NCBI GenBank assembly: GCA_002633005.1
Contig: NMRA01000013.1
Span: 1,846,403 to 1,910,402 of the forward strand
Length of the DNA stretch: 64,000 nt
Direction of reading: 5' to 3'
DNA from: Phoronis australis
Taxonomy: Eukaryota > Animalia > Phoronida
Under the pieces are notes generated by a model. That model worked only from the letters and a program-made list of their open reading frames with translations. It was not told the DNA's origin and did no database searches. This document shows positions 26,379-37,788 of this stretch, in pieces (within the stretch, counting starts at the first letter, position 1; each line of letters opens with the position of its first letter). The translations under genes and the position numbers were made by a program.

Positions 26379-27309
26379 AGTAATATTTACAATGAGGGTA
26401 GCCCTATCAGTTCAAACTGCTTTTCATCAGGGACTTCCGTAAAAACAAACAGATAGTAATTCAAAAACAGAATTACAAAATGAAAGACAATATTTGAATA
26501 ATAAGCAAAGAATAATAAATCAACACAGAAAGACTGATGAAACAAAATAAAAAAATAAAACATGATAAATAGAAGATAAAGAAATTAAGACAAGATAATT
26601 AACTAAGATATAAATATAAATAATTAAACACAGACAATAAAATATATACAAGAGTGCGAATATGGCGATAACAAACTGAAGATTTGGAATCTCTGGACAA
26701 TTTCGGCGGCACTTACTATATAACTATTCTAGCTGTTTGTCAGTAATAAAAAGTGAAAAGTGGGCGCAAGTTAAGTACAACTGTTTCCTGGTCAAAAACC
26801 TGGTTAAACGAGGTTGAAAGAATATAAAAAATGAATCCATGTGATATTGTTAACTCTGATCAGCGTTTGTATGTCCACCGAGTACGTCAAAACGCGCGGT
26901 AGTTTATCTTCAATCGTGCCCAATGGTTGTAGTTTTTAGATTATTAGTTCATCGATTTTTAAAAATCGAAAACCGTACTTGGTTGATTTTTTTCCAGCTG
27001 AATACCGCGGTGGTGTTGTTGTTAACGAAAATAAATGGTTAATGCATTTTGAAAATTCGCCATCAATCAGAGATGTTTAATACAGTTTATGATCGAATAA
27101 TTACACTTGCTTGAATCGGGTAATGCGGTCATCACAAATGTACCTGACTCCGGCGCCGCGCTTTCTTTGATCCTGGTACAAGCTGCTCAGAAGGACGAGC
27201 GGTGAAAATTCCCACTTATCTTCAGAAATGCGTGACTTCCTTGTAAGCGTATTATTCACGATATGATCATCCGGAAACGCCGCTCTTCCCCGGCCCAAAC
27301 AGCACTTGA

Positions 27310-28085
27310 ATGTCGAAAACAACTTGGCCACTAGGACGTGCTGCAGTAGTCGAATCCGCCCAAAAAAATTAATGGTGCCGCCTCGTTGGTCATCACAAGC
27401 CCCTGTATCAGTCAACTTTCATCTGAAACCATTCGTTCAGTTCTCTATCCGGAAACGCTTTCACACAAAAGGCCACTATAGGAAGCACTACAGAAGTACA
27501 ATCCGGTCGAAAATCAAATGGTGCGGCGCAATTTCATCATATACCTCTGTGTCAAGTTTCCGGCAAAGAGATATCGTGATCCGCCCAAACAACACTAGAA
27601 AAAAGTTTGCCGATAACAAAATGCCCACTAGGATGTACTACAGTAGTGGAGTCTGCTCGCAAATTTAATTATGCCGGCGCATTGATATCACATACCTTTG
27701 TGTAAAGTTTCATTGAATTCGTTCTCTAGATAACATTCAGAAACGCTCACATAAACTGAATGTCCACTAGCATGCGCGCACCCAGCCTAAAAGATGGGGG
27801 CTCGAATTTTTGAGAACGTGGACTTTTACGAAGAAAAAAGAACGGCGGGGGTACGTTCAGAGCATTCGCCAAATTTTCGTAGTACCCGCCTTTTAAGTGG
27901 ACTTTTTCGGACTTTTTGTTTCTCTCAGGCGGACCTTTTTGCCCCCCCNGGACTCACTGCAGTGGTCGAATCCGACCGAAAATCAAGTGGTGCCCGCGCA
28001 ATCTCATAATATACCTCTGTGTCAAGTTTCAGTGTACTAGTCCTCCCATCGGTTCTCTAGATATCTTCGGGAAACGCCCTCTCCT
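27310..28085 (+). repeat. Second array of the same tandem unit, interrupted by an insertion (about 27771-27949, ending at a single N)
   Basis: About 4 copies of CCACTAGGA..TGC.GCAGTAG..GAATCCG / ATACCTCTGTGTCAAGTTTC. Confidence 0.7.
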
Positions 28086-29196
28086 CAAGTCGCTATTGTC
28101 AGCAATATATAGATCTAAGCACTGAGTTTTGCCTGATTTCATATTAAAAGTAAATTCTGAAGTTTGTCGTCATTTAGGATTAAAACTGGATTTATTGTCA
28201 AGTACACGAATGACAAGGCACTAAATATAAAATTCCTCCAAGTGGAACGTATGTGTAAAACCAATGTAAGTTAACAGGTAATATCATGCTGTGCCATTTT
28301 GCATGCGTGATTCGTCTTCCTACCGTCCTCCTGTCATTTCCTTGATTAACTCGTATTTTTAAAAGCATTTCAAACATTTAACCACGTTCGTTAATTATTG
28401 ACGTACCCTGCTGTTGGCGTACCGGTAAGTGTCATAAATGCACACATGAACTTGCTGGTAGAATACACAATTAACGTTTTTATTGCTACACTGAAACACC
28501 TACCCAGTGAACTGCTCAGTATGCCTGGCTGTCTATGATGATGTTAAGAGGTGCTAATGGTAGCGACAGAATACATTTCTACGCATATCAGACTTTATAA
28601 AACAATAGGTACTTTGAACTGTTTTGTACACGTGTTTGCCACTCTTTTTAAAGATAACAAGCAAGTATTCCTTCTTTGAAGGCAATAGATGTTTCCTCAC
28701 AGCTTACACCGTGATGACGCAACATGTACCAAAGCCATATTTGTAATAACATTTTCAACGATGATGCCTGCAGTTTTGCTCCCTGCTTCATCTAGGGAAA
28801 GTGACGTGTCATACACAGCCTTGAAGAATCTTGATCTAGGTAACTTAATTAACCTTAGCCATTATGTAACAGGTTTCACGTAATAATTAACATTTACCTT
28901 TACCTCGCTAGGTTTCACTATCGACACCTAGAACACCTTTACAAAGTTTTAGATGCACTTGTTTAATGGCTGTGCCTTATTGTCGCCTATTAGATAACCC
29001 TTTCAACATTCTTCTGGGTCTAATGGTTACGAATTGAACGTTCCACCTGGCTATCTAAAATAAACATTGACTAACATGACTTGTTCCCGAACCAGTAACC
29101 TGTATAGAAGATCTCTGATGGACACTTTTGGTCACACGTTCGTTGATGTTGCCTGCATGACGATGTCGCTGATACCAGATACCATTATGATCGCCA

Positions 29197-30573
29197 TCAG
29201 CTCACAGCACAAACGAAAAGTTTGTTTTTTTGGCGGGAAAGGTCAGTAGCTGATGACGTTTTGCTTGGATTCCTGACCAACTTCAGCTGCAGTTTCAGCG
29301 CCTCCGGTAGTGGGAGACGTTCAATGTTGGTCTCGCATATCGTGTGAGCAACGATTTCTCTGCAGCAAAGGCTTTGTAAACTTTGCACTAGAAAAGATAT
29401 TGATTGAACTTTAAATGTCGTTTTTAGCATCTGACGATAACACTACAGTAAACTCAACAGAGCTATAGTAGCATTTTAATGGAATAATTTCCAAGACCAG
29501 CCGAAGGAGATGGGTTATCAGTTAATTGTTCTATAAAATTAAAGGCATTTAGCTTAAACCATACTAAAATGTCATTTCCGGCATCAGATAATAACATGAG
29601 AACAGATAATAAGAAGTGTAACATGTCTGGCGTAACTTGTATCACACGGACGCCAATTTTTGTGTCTTCAGGCTATTTTAGAGCGAAAACTGAATAGTCG
29701 GATTCATTTTACTTTTGTTTCGAGCACACAGGCTTTATTTGGGAGTTGATGAAGGTAACAAGATGGAAAAACATGTTTAATCATGATTAAAAAACATGTC
29801 ACACCCACAACATAAGTAACTTAAGCCTCTCAGTCGCACTGGCACCATTGATACATGTGGCCACGCTGGGAGTGCAGTGAACGAGAGAACGAGATAGGAA
29901 ACGTTAATGAACTATCTACTGCTAACTGACTGGTAACACGTGGTTGCACCACACTAGACACGTACAAAGAGCTATTAATCAGACGTAATTCTAAACACTG
30001 AAATCCATTATTCAGTATCTATTCCAGTTATTAGTTAAGGTGAGCTGCTAGGATTCCGACCAACCGTGGTGATCCGTAGCGAAACTGGTGGCAACCGACG
30101 TAGGCCTAGTGTATAGTGGAGCACCGTACTGAGCTCGCCACGGTAAACTTCAAATTGTAGGGTGCCCGAGCAATTCCGGTCCCAACGGTCAAGCTTTAAT
30201 TGTAGTCTCATATTCTTCCGCATGGTTTTAGTGCTGACTTATCTACGAGTTTCGGCGACGGCGGTTGGCTCCAGGGGTGTATTCGAGAGGTTGTAGTAAG
30301 TCTACGGTTTGGACTCTTCGTCGTGTTTTACGTTTCCACCTATTTTTTCAAGGACTGTGACACTGGTTCACTCGTGCTCAAGGGCTTCTCCCCCAGTGAG
30401 CAAAGACTAAACGCCATTTGAAACATCCCGGACGTCAAAATGATTGTCGCCACAGTGCTTTATTTACCTTCTCGTTTCTTCTTTTGAGAGTTTGTTGTTT
30501 GTTGAGAAGATCTCGTTGGTGACTTCTGTGTGTAGGTGAAGTCGCAAATGGCACTAACTTCATAAAAGGCCAT
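29197..30573 (-). CDS. Rab40-like SOCS-box plus CaaX small protein (98 aa) lacking a recognisable GTPase domain; could be a pseudogene remnant
   Basis: Exon 30573-30468 (MAFYEVSAICDFTYTQKSPTRSSQQTTNSQKKKRE, donor G|GTAAAT) joins in phase 1 to exon 29387-29197 (acceptor TCTTTTCTAG; VQSLQSLCCREIVAHTICETNIERLPLPEALKLQLKL...FVCAVS*). SLQxLCCRxIV...LPLP..LK..L is a Rab40-type SOCS box, MAFYEVSAICDF resembles Rab40 M(T/A)FFEVSPLC(N/D)F, and CAVS is a CaaX motif. Strong Kozak context (ATAATGG); AATAAA on the minus strand at 28479-28484. Confidence 0.7.
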
Positions 30574-32151
30574 TATCTGTGATGATATTGGTCGTTTTCA
30601 TCAGCGGAAACCAGGTCTGTTATACTGTGAACGAAAAAAAGATCCAATGAAAGACAACTATAGTCAACAACTTTAGCCCTGGAATGCCGTCTCCGTATGT
30701 GACCAATGTATTCTATTACTGGAGCTTGTGAACCCGAGACTAGCCGCGGGAGTTTCCACTGTGAATTTCCAGCTGTCTGCTCCACTGAGATTTGATCGAG
30801 ACTTGTAGTTATCAAATCAAACCGAGCTTCATTGCTTCATTTTCATTTTGAAATTTTTGTTTATCAAGAGAGACTCGTGCGCTGCGGTTCTAGACAACCA
30901 GCGATTTCCCGGCAAAATTAGACAACAAACCCGAAAATTACATTTTTCATTCTTTATCCGCAGCGACCAGTTTCCATGGCTGGGTACCGGGAATAGTCTG
31001 ACCTCTGATATCTTTTCGTCTCCAGTCTTAGAACAACTTTCGACAACCTCCATACTAATTTTTCAACAAGATATTTTTGGGTGTTAAAAATTATGTTACT
31101 TTATTTTACATTTGATTTCTGAGTGTTTGTTCTGAAAAGTGTAACCCTCTACTAGCAGGTGTATTTACGTGACTTTCGAAAATCTACTAGTATTAACATA
31201 ACTTATTACTGTTTACAATTGTTTCTATAATAAATCATATGTGCAATGTTTACATGTTGCCCAGATACTTTTTTGTTAATTCAATTTCTGAGCAGTGAAT
31301 GTTATCTGTAGTGTTTACCTATATTCGTGAAATAAAATTTAAAAATTAAAAGTTTCCTTTGTACAAAATGCAATCGAGTACATTGTGTTCATAATGACAG
31401 CGCATATTGTACTTGCCAATTGTCCTGCTCTTGGCGGACCATCCCATATTTTGAATTTTTTCCCACCATCCCGCCACACCATCAAAATGGTCCCGCTTTT
31501 TGACACACGGCAACAGTGACATATTATCATATACTTCTGTAATGTTCCACGCGACATAACACTATTTTCCCGTTCGACTAAAAAGAAAATAAGGGACGTT
31601 TCATGGGTTTTTGAGGCACCAGCAAATTCTGCATTCGACTTAAATAAACACTGTCGGGCGCTTTTGGGTGTAACATCCCACGACAAAAAACGCTGTCGGG
31701 ACGTTTTTGTATGTTGCAGTGAACATTTCACCCTTGCATTTTGACATAGACCCAGATGCTTCGATTTTTATCCGGAAGTCCCGTTTTTCAGTCTAGTTGT
31801 CCCGATTTTTCATTCTCAAATGTTGACAACTATCGAATAGGTGTTTATTTGTCTCTTTGTTGTGAATATTGTTATTTTCCAAAGTCACTTTCTTTAGCAA
31901 CATAGCAATCGTAAAAATGTGTTCCAATGTCTCTTGTTCACGTTGAAGTCTTACACTGCAATCTATGTAAGGATCTATCCGCAGTACATTTCAAACATAC
32001 AAAACACATTTTTGCTCATCTTTTATCTACCACAAGGTCTTCATCTACAAATTTCGGATAGGTAGTCGGAGTAATTGGTTTGTCACATTTTTCTAAATGA
32101 CACTCCGTCCTGAATTTTTACTGAAGAACTGTAGCAAGCGACATCAAAGGT

Positions 32152-32154
<3 letters not shown>

Positions 32155-32250
<96 letters not shown>
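32155..32250. repeat. (CA)n microsatellite followed by a short (AT)n run
   Basis: Seen directly. Confidence 0.97.
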
Positions 32251-32851
32251 CACTATAATTTCGGTCTCGGTCGATACGCAGAATAATGTCTCGTGGGATA
32301 TTATTTCATGTACGCCACGCTCGGTACGTTTTGTGTATGTACATGAATAATGTTGTTCAACTTTTGAGACAAACCGATTAATATGCTTATCCACAAATGA
32401 ATTTGTGTAACCATTATTTATTAGAAGTTTTTTTACATGTTAGACTTCACTAATGAACAGTTTCCAGTCTGATGAAATATTGTGAGCTCTAAAACAGCTA
32501 TCTTATAACGCTCAGGACAGTCACTATCAGCATGGAGACAAATACCTTTGTCAGTAGGCTTGTGATAAACTGATGTGATTTCGCTGGTTCATTTCCTTTT
32601 TTATGTAACTATTACATCCTGTTATTTTACATATTTTGGTAACTATCTTGGTTTTTAGAATTAAAAAGATATTTTTGAAACCTGTCAGGTATGAGAAAAG
32701 ATAATTATTTGTGAATTAAATTGTTTATCATTTGCTTCTGATTTAATCATATGCCATCAAGAACTGTTGAAGGACTTTCGAATGATATGACTCTTGTGCA
32801 AGTCGGTTGACAAACGGTGGAGTTGCGAAAAGTTTTAGTGACATAGGAATA

Positions 32852-32980
32852 ACCGAGAGTGGCGTTCATGAAGTAATATCCCACGAGGCATTATTCCGCG
32901 TATCCACCGAGAGCAAAGGTCGAGGTCGATACGCGGAATAAGGTCGAGTGGGATATTACTTCATGTACGCCAATCGAGGT
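32852..32980. repeat. About 130-bp imperfect hairpin element; a second copy of the right arm at about 32260-32335
   Basis: TGGCGTTCATGAAGTAATATCCCAC...TTATTCCGCGTATC mirrors GATACGCGGAATAA...GTGGGATATTACTTCATGTACGCCA. Confidence 0.75.
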
Positions 32981-35900
32981 ACGTTTTGTATTTATCTCAT
33001 GCGCTTCGAATTTCTAAGTTTCTTACATTTTCGGCCTATTTTTCAAATACTTCACCCAGACTGTTCACATGGCGGATCACATCCTATATGTATGTACTTA
33101 GGCTACGCGTTAGGTTGCAAGTTTTCTCTTGAAAAAGAAACAGTTTTAAAAGTAACGATTTATTTGTTGAAAAGAGGTAGCAAAGATGAAAACAACGGCA
33201 ACTGAGCAGTGAACTTGTAACATCTCATGGAAATAGTTAAAAAAACAACAATTTTTGATATTTTAATTTCCTAGGAATCGGCGCCTGAGTCGCAGACGAT
33301 AGTATTCAGCAATTGAAAACTGAGAGAAAGTGTCTTATAATTAACAGTTTTGTTCCAGATTTTACGTTTAGGGCCTGGTTGCATGTCGAGTGTTAGTTAC
33401 ACTGTTGCAACTGTATTACTTTAAACTATATTCGGAAAGTTTGATGATCGAACCAGCTGAAGACGTCGAGTCGAAATTGACCTACCTTTTGAACTTTCCA
33501 TGTCAGAGGTCGCTGTTGAAGTAGTGCGGGAGGTGAATACGGAAAACTTTATTCCTTCGACAGATTCAACGCGCGTGGGATAAAGTTGGGCAGGAAACGG
33601 TTATTTAAAAAAAATGTAACGGCGTTTTTGAGATTTTGTCTTGAACATTTATACCACACGAAATTTTGTCATTTTATTGATCTGTTGTTTTGCAACGAGT
33701 GTTCTTTTCCATTTTGCTAAACTTTATTAAAAGCGCATGGTCAACAACGAGATTCTATGGAATTTCTGCTTTCATAACATATGTACGTTTGCCGAGTTAA
33801 ATTTTCAAGTTTTTCAGATACTTGGCTTAATATTCAGGTTTGTTAAGGGTCCTACGTAACCTTATGTTCATGCTATATAATGGTCTTCAAACGAGTCCCT
33901 TTTGCAGCGCCCTCCAGGAATCGGCCCGTATTTGTATACTATTCCCACAGAGTTCAGTAGCGTAGTGATAACAGTCAGTCATTTAGATTTTCGCTAGGCA
34001 GAAGACGAGAACAGTTGCACTAGCTATGGCAATGGTTCCCGCGAATCCGATTCGAGAAGTGCACTAACCCGGCATTGAAATACACATTCATCTAGAGAAT
34101 GGAGTTGAAAAGGCGAAAAATTTGTGGGGAACTTCCGTGAAATTTTGCCTTTTCGTAGGATTTCTTACGGAAACAATACTAGCGACTGTGACTGTTTTTG
34201 TTGGGGTTAATTCCAAAACTCAATGCTTTCGTTAGGATTCTTTGGATAGCTGAATTTTTACTCAATTAAGTCTGAAACAGTACTAGAAGGGTGCGAGTTA
34301 TCAAAAAATGAGTTTATCTTTTTCAACAAAAGTTTTAAAATGTAGATTAACGTTAAGCCTTTCTGTTGATGTGCGTAGTTGCAAAAAGGATTTATTCCGG
34401 GTTTGTCGAGAACTCCCAAGGTGATGGAAAAGCCGCCCTTTTGCAGGGAATTTTCTCAAAACGCATTTTTTCATAGGGAAACTGGTCACTCTGACAGGCA
34501 CGCACCGTATACCTCTTTTTGTGGAACTCGGTACCCGTCTTCTGGCCCTAACCCTTCCGAAGGTCTAGCTAGCTAGGCTCAGCGCCGTAGTGCCCCACAC
34601 TTGGACTGACTTTCATATTGTTTGAGAATTAAGCACTAGGCCAGAGATTTCATCACTGAGCAAACTTCAGGGTAAATATTACTTTTTCAGTTGACATTTC
34701 CCCGATGCATTACAGTAGGCCTACACGATCGTTTCCCTCACCTGCCAGTGAGTCAACAGGCTGTATGCACGTGACGAGTAAAACGGTTCCTGCTCACTCC
34801 GTGGAACCCACTTTTCTTGAGACGAATAAGAGATGAACTGCATATGTGTTGAGGACCAAAGTCGATAAAGTGTCAGGCTCTGTAAATAATTTGGAGGTGG
34901 AGACATGACCCGGAGACTACGAAATGTAAACTTACAGGCATGAGTTTTGACTCACTTAGTTTGAACCACACGTAGGCAAGTGAGCCAGGCTCTGTATATT
35001 TAGTAGGTTTAGCTCACGTAATCAGGTATGCATACTTACTTTTTTGTCCACGATAGCTTGCCTTTTCTTAGTCTCCAGAATCGCCTCCCCTTAGCTTTCA
35101 AGCAACGGCATAGGAGCCCTCTAGGATCAATTGTTTGCGAACCCGCTTTTCTGTGAAGCTCAGGTACAGTCTATCCATCCATGCACAGTACTTTTATTGA
35201 CCAGAACTCAATATACTACAAACAAACTATGCCGCACGTATGTAAAGTGCTATTGTGTTCTGCCTGGTTACTCTTAGCTGGCCCAGCTGTAGCTGTCAGA
35301 TGCAATAGTTATGATTATTGATTAGAAATCAGAACTGGGCGAGTGATTTGGAGCACAGTGAGGAGGACTTTAATTTAGAATTACTCGTAATGGTTGTCTC
35401 CGGGCCTACCCCTGAACATAGTGTCCGACCTGTATGGTATTTGAATCCGGGTAATTTGTGAATAACCTAGCCCGTATCGTGGCATTAATAGACATGCGGG
35501 TTAGTACCAGAGCTCGTGACTGCAAACTCCTATAAGTGTTGCATTAAATGAGAAAGTGCGAGATACGCGCACAAAGGCAATAATGCGCATAGAATACTTA
35601 TTAACTAGCAGCGTATTCTGCTAACAGGTTCCCCATAAACTAATTGTATAACAAAGCTGTTTTAATTGAAGGGGTACAATTTTTACTCTGAAATGGGGAG
35701 GTGGTAATTCTTAGCGTGTTTTGTTTTAATTGATGAGACACCTTCATTAACTCCAAAGAAAACTTCACTAGCAATTTTCGTTACATCTTTGTATCATGAG
35801 ATTGAAATATTTCAACATTGCAATAGGCCGGAAAATGAACAGTTTGGGGGGGGGTTTAAACTAAAATTAACCAATAAGCTGGTAAAGTGTTGATCAATAT

Positions 35901-37379
35901 TCCATTTTTGTTCTCTTATTTATACGTCTTAATGAGCATGGAATAATACAACTTTGTGCTCCATGAACTTAAATTTTCAAGGGAGTCACCAAATTTTATT
36001 TGCAAATTATTTTTTACTTCAATGTGGAAAAGGGCCGTAGGAGGTCAGGGAAGGGAATTGTTGGCCGTAGGAGATGGGTAGAACTTGAAGAAACGTGAAA
36101 TTATGTTAAGCTCACTGGTACCATTCTTCGGTCCTGATCGTTATCCGTGCGGTGAGTATCTCTGGTAAAAGTCGACACCAACTAACCCAGAATTGAGATC
36201 CCCATCTTTCTGTCTTTAATTACTATTTGCCTCACAATTCCTGGTTCATACTTTGTTAACAAAATACTACCACCCTTGTCATACTCGTTCAGTTAAAATA
36301 GTTTGAAACCTAAATTCATCATACCTTGAGTATAAACACCAAAACGGTAGTTTCATATTCTTGCCGACTAGGTGACAGTGTGATTTTTCTAAAAGTTTAT
36401 TTTACTGCTGTTTTGATCTATTTTGGTCGTTAAATGTGATCGTCAATATTTAAACATTTTTATCAATAATGACAGATTTACGCGAATTTAAACATTAATT
36501 TTGTCATTTTAAACCAAATTCAGATTTGTTAAGTTATACGAAAAATGTGCAACTTTAAACGCGGTAACTCTTTACATTTGAAAAGTACACCTATGAAGGA
36601 GATGGAAAACGTCAAAATAAAATTACCGCTGAAGTGAAAGTACTCACATATACGGCTCCCACATGCAGATCACTGACAAAAGAGTTTAGGCCTACTCAAA
36701 TTGAAGCGAAGCCAGGCCTGTTTGCTGTTAAAATAGGTTGATTTAAGCCACTGAGTGTTGGTCTCAACTTCACTCGGTTCCTTAGTTAGAAAATTTCTGT
36801 GTTTGGACTTGAGAACTGAAGTCTGGAATCCACCCGAGTGTCATCAAGGCCCATCCAGGATCCGATCCTCTCCTCATGAGTTAAAACAAGTTGGACATGA
36901 CGCCAGTCGACATTTGACAACGGACATAAGTCAGTATTGCACGCTACGCACTACCACTAAGGTCTATAATGTTCCGTTAGAGACAATGATGGCGTCGCGT
37001 AGTCTCGGGGCGTTTATTACACTCATGATTAATGCCACGACTAGCCCGCATCGCATGCAGGATCAATATAGTCATATTCGTGCGGGCTTAGCCGTAGCAT
37101 ATTTTTTATAATGCCCGAAGTAGCCAGCACGCCCAAATTCCTGGAAAAATCCATTGACGTGCCGTCCACATAGAGACTTAACCCTAGAAAATTTACCGGC
37201 TGAGTTTCTCCTTAGGGAGCGAGTTGCCCACCACGTGCGTCGACGCTAGCCCACTTGCGACAACTCAACCTTATCGAGGTGGGGTAACTTGTACTATCGT
37301 TAGCCAAATGGGAAAATTACGTGGGTAAGTTAATTCTAGTTAGAAGAGTAAACTTATTGTACTTGCGACGTTAAAATTT

Positions 37380-37490
37380 ACTTTACACCGCAAATAATTG
37401 CAGGCCGTGAATAATTTACGCCGCAAATAATTACTAATTTATGCCAGAAATTATTACTTTACGCGGAAAATAATTACTTTACGCCTCTAA
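37380..37490. repeat. Short minisatellite (TTTACGCCGCAAATAATTAC-like, about 5 copies)
   Basis: Degenerate units of about 20-25 bp seen directly. Confidence 0.6.
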
Positions 37491-37727
37491 CAAGAATTAA
37501 CTGACGCACGTACTTTACGTGCATGCGTAACGTTCAATTTCAGTGGCTACCGCGCCCTAAGCGCGATCACTAGATACCCTTAACCTGCCTCCCGTTCAGT
37601 AACGCTAGGACTTCGCTAAAAAGCAAGACTTCACGAGATTACATGAGATATTGCCGTGTATTTTAAATAAGAACACGTGACTGTTACTAGATTTTAGCTA
37701 GTTTCTAGTTTAGGTCCTAGCGTCTGA

Positions 37728-37788
37728 TACACTCTATCACTGCAGTGCTAAACGAAAGTTAGTATAGCTGGCGCTGTGTCAGAGGGTA
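37728..37788. mobile_element. 61-bp miniature TIR insertion with a 9-bp TSD, nested in a family C MITE
   Basis: Termini TACACTCTATCAC and GTGTCAGAGGGTA; flanked by AGCGTCTGA at 37719-37727 and 37789-37797; absent from the copies at 13748 and 14884. Confidence 0.7.

Noticed and set aside
25110-28085. Regularly spaced repeats that could suggest a CRISPR array
   Set aside because: The units are diverged along their whole length with no unique spacers, there are no cas genes, and the context is eukaryotic.
27101-28125. Several 69-120 aa ORFs
   Set aside because: They fall in or overlap the tandem-repeat array and show no protein motifs.
32083-32394. ORF with a CVCVCV repeat
   Set aside because: Translation of the (CA)n microsatellite.
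33486-34906. Candidate upstream exons of the Rab40-like gene (minus-strand donors at about 33485 and 34741)
   Set aside because: Plausible non-coding first exons, but they encode no GTPase motifs and cannot be supported without transcript data.
36755-37111. 118-aa plus-strand ORF
   Set aside because: Non-ATG start, no recognisable domain and no linked splice partners found.
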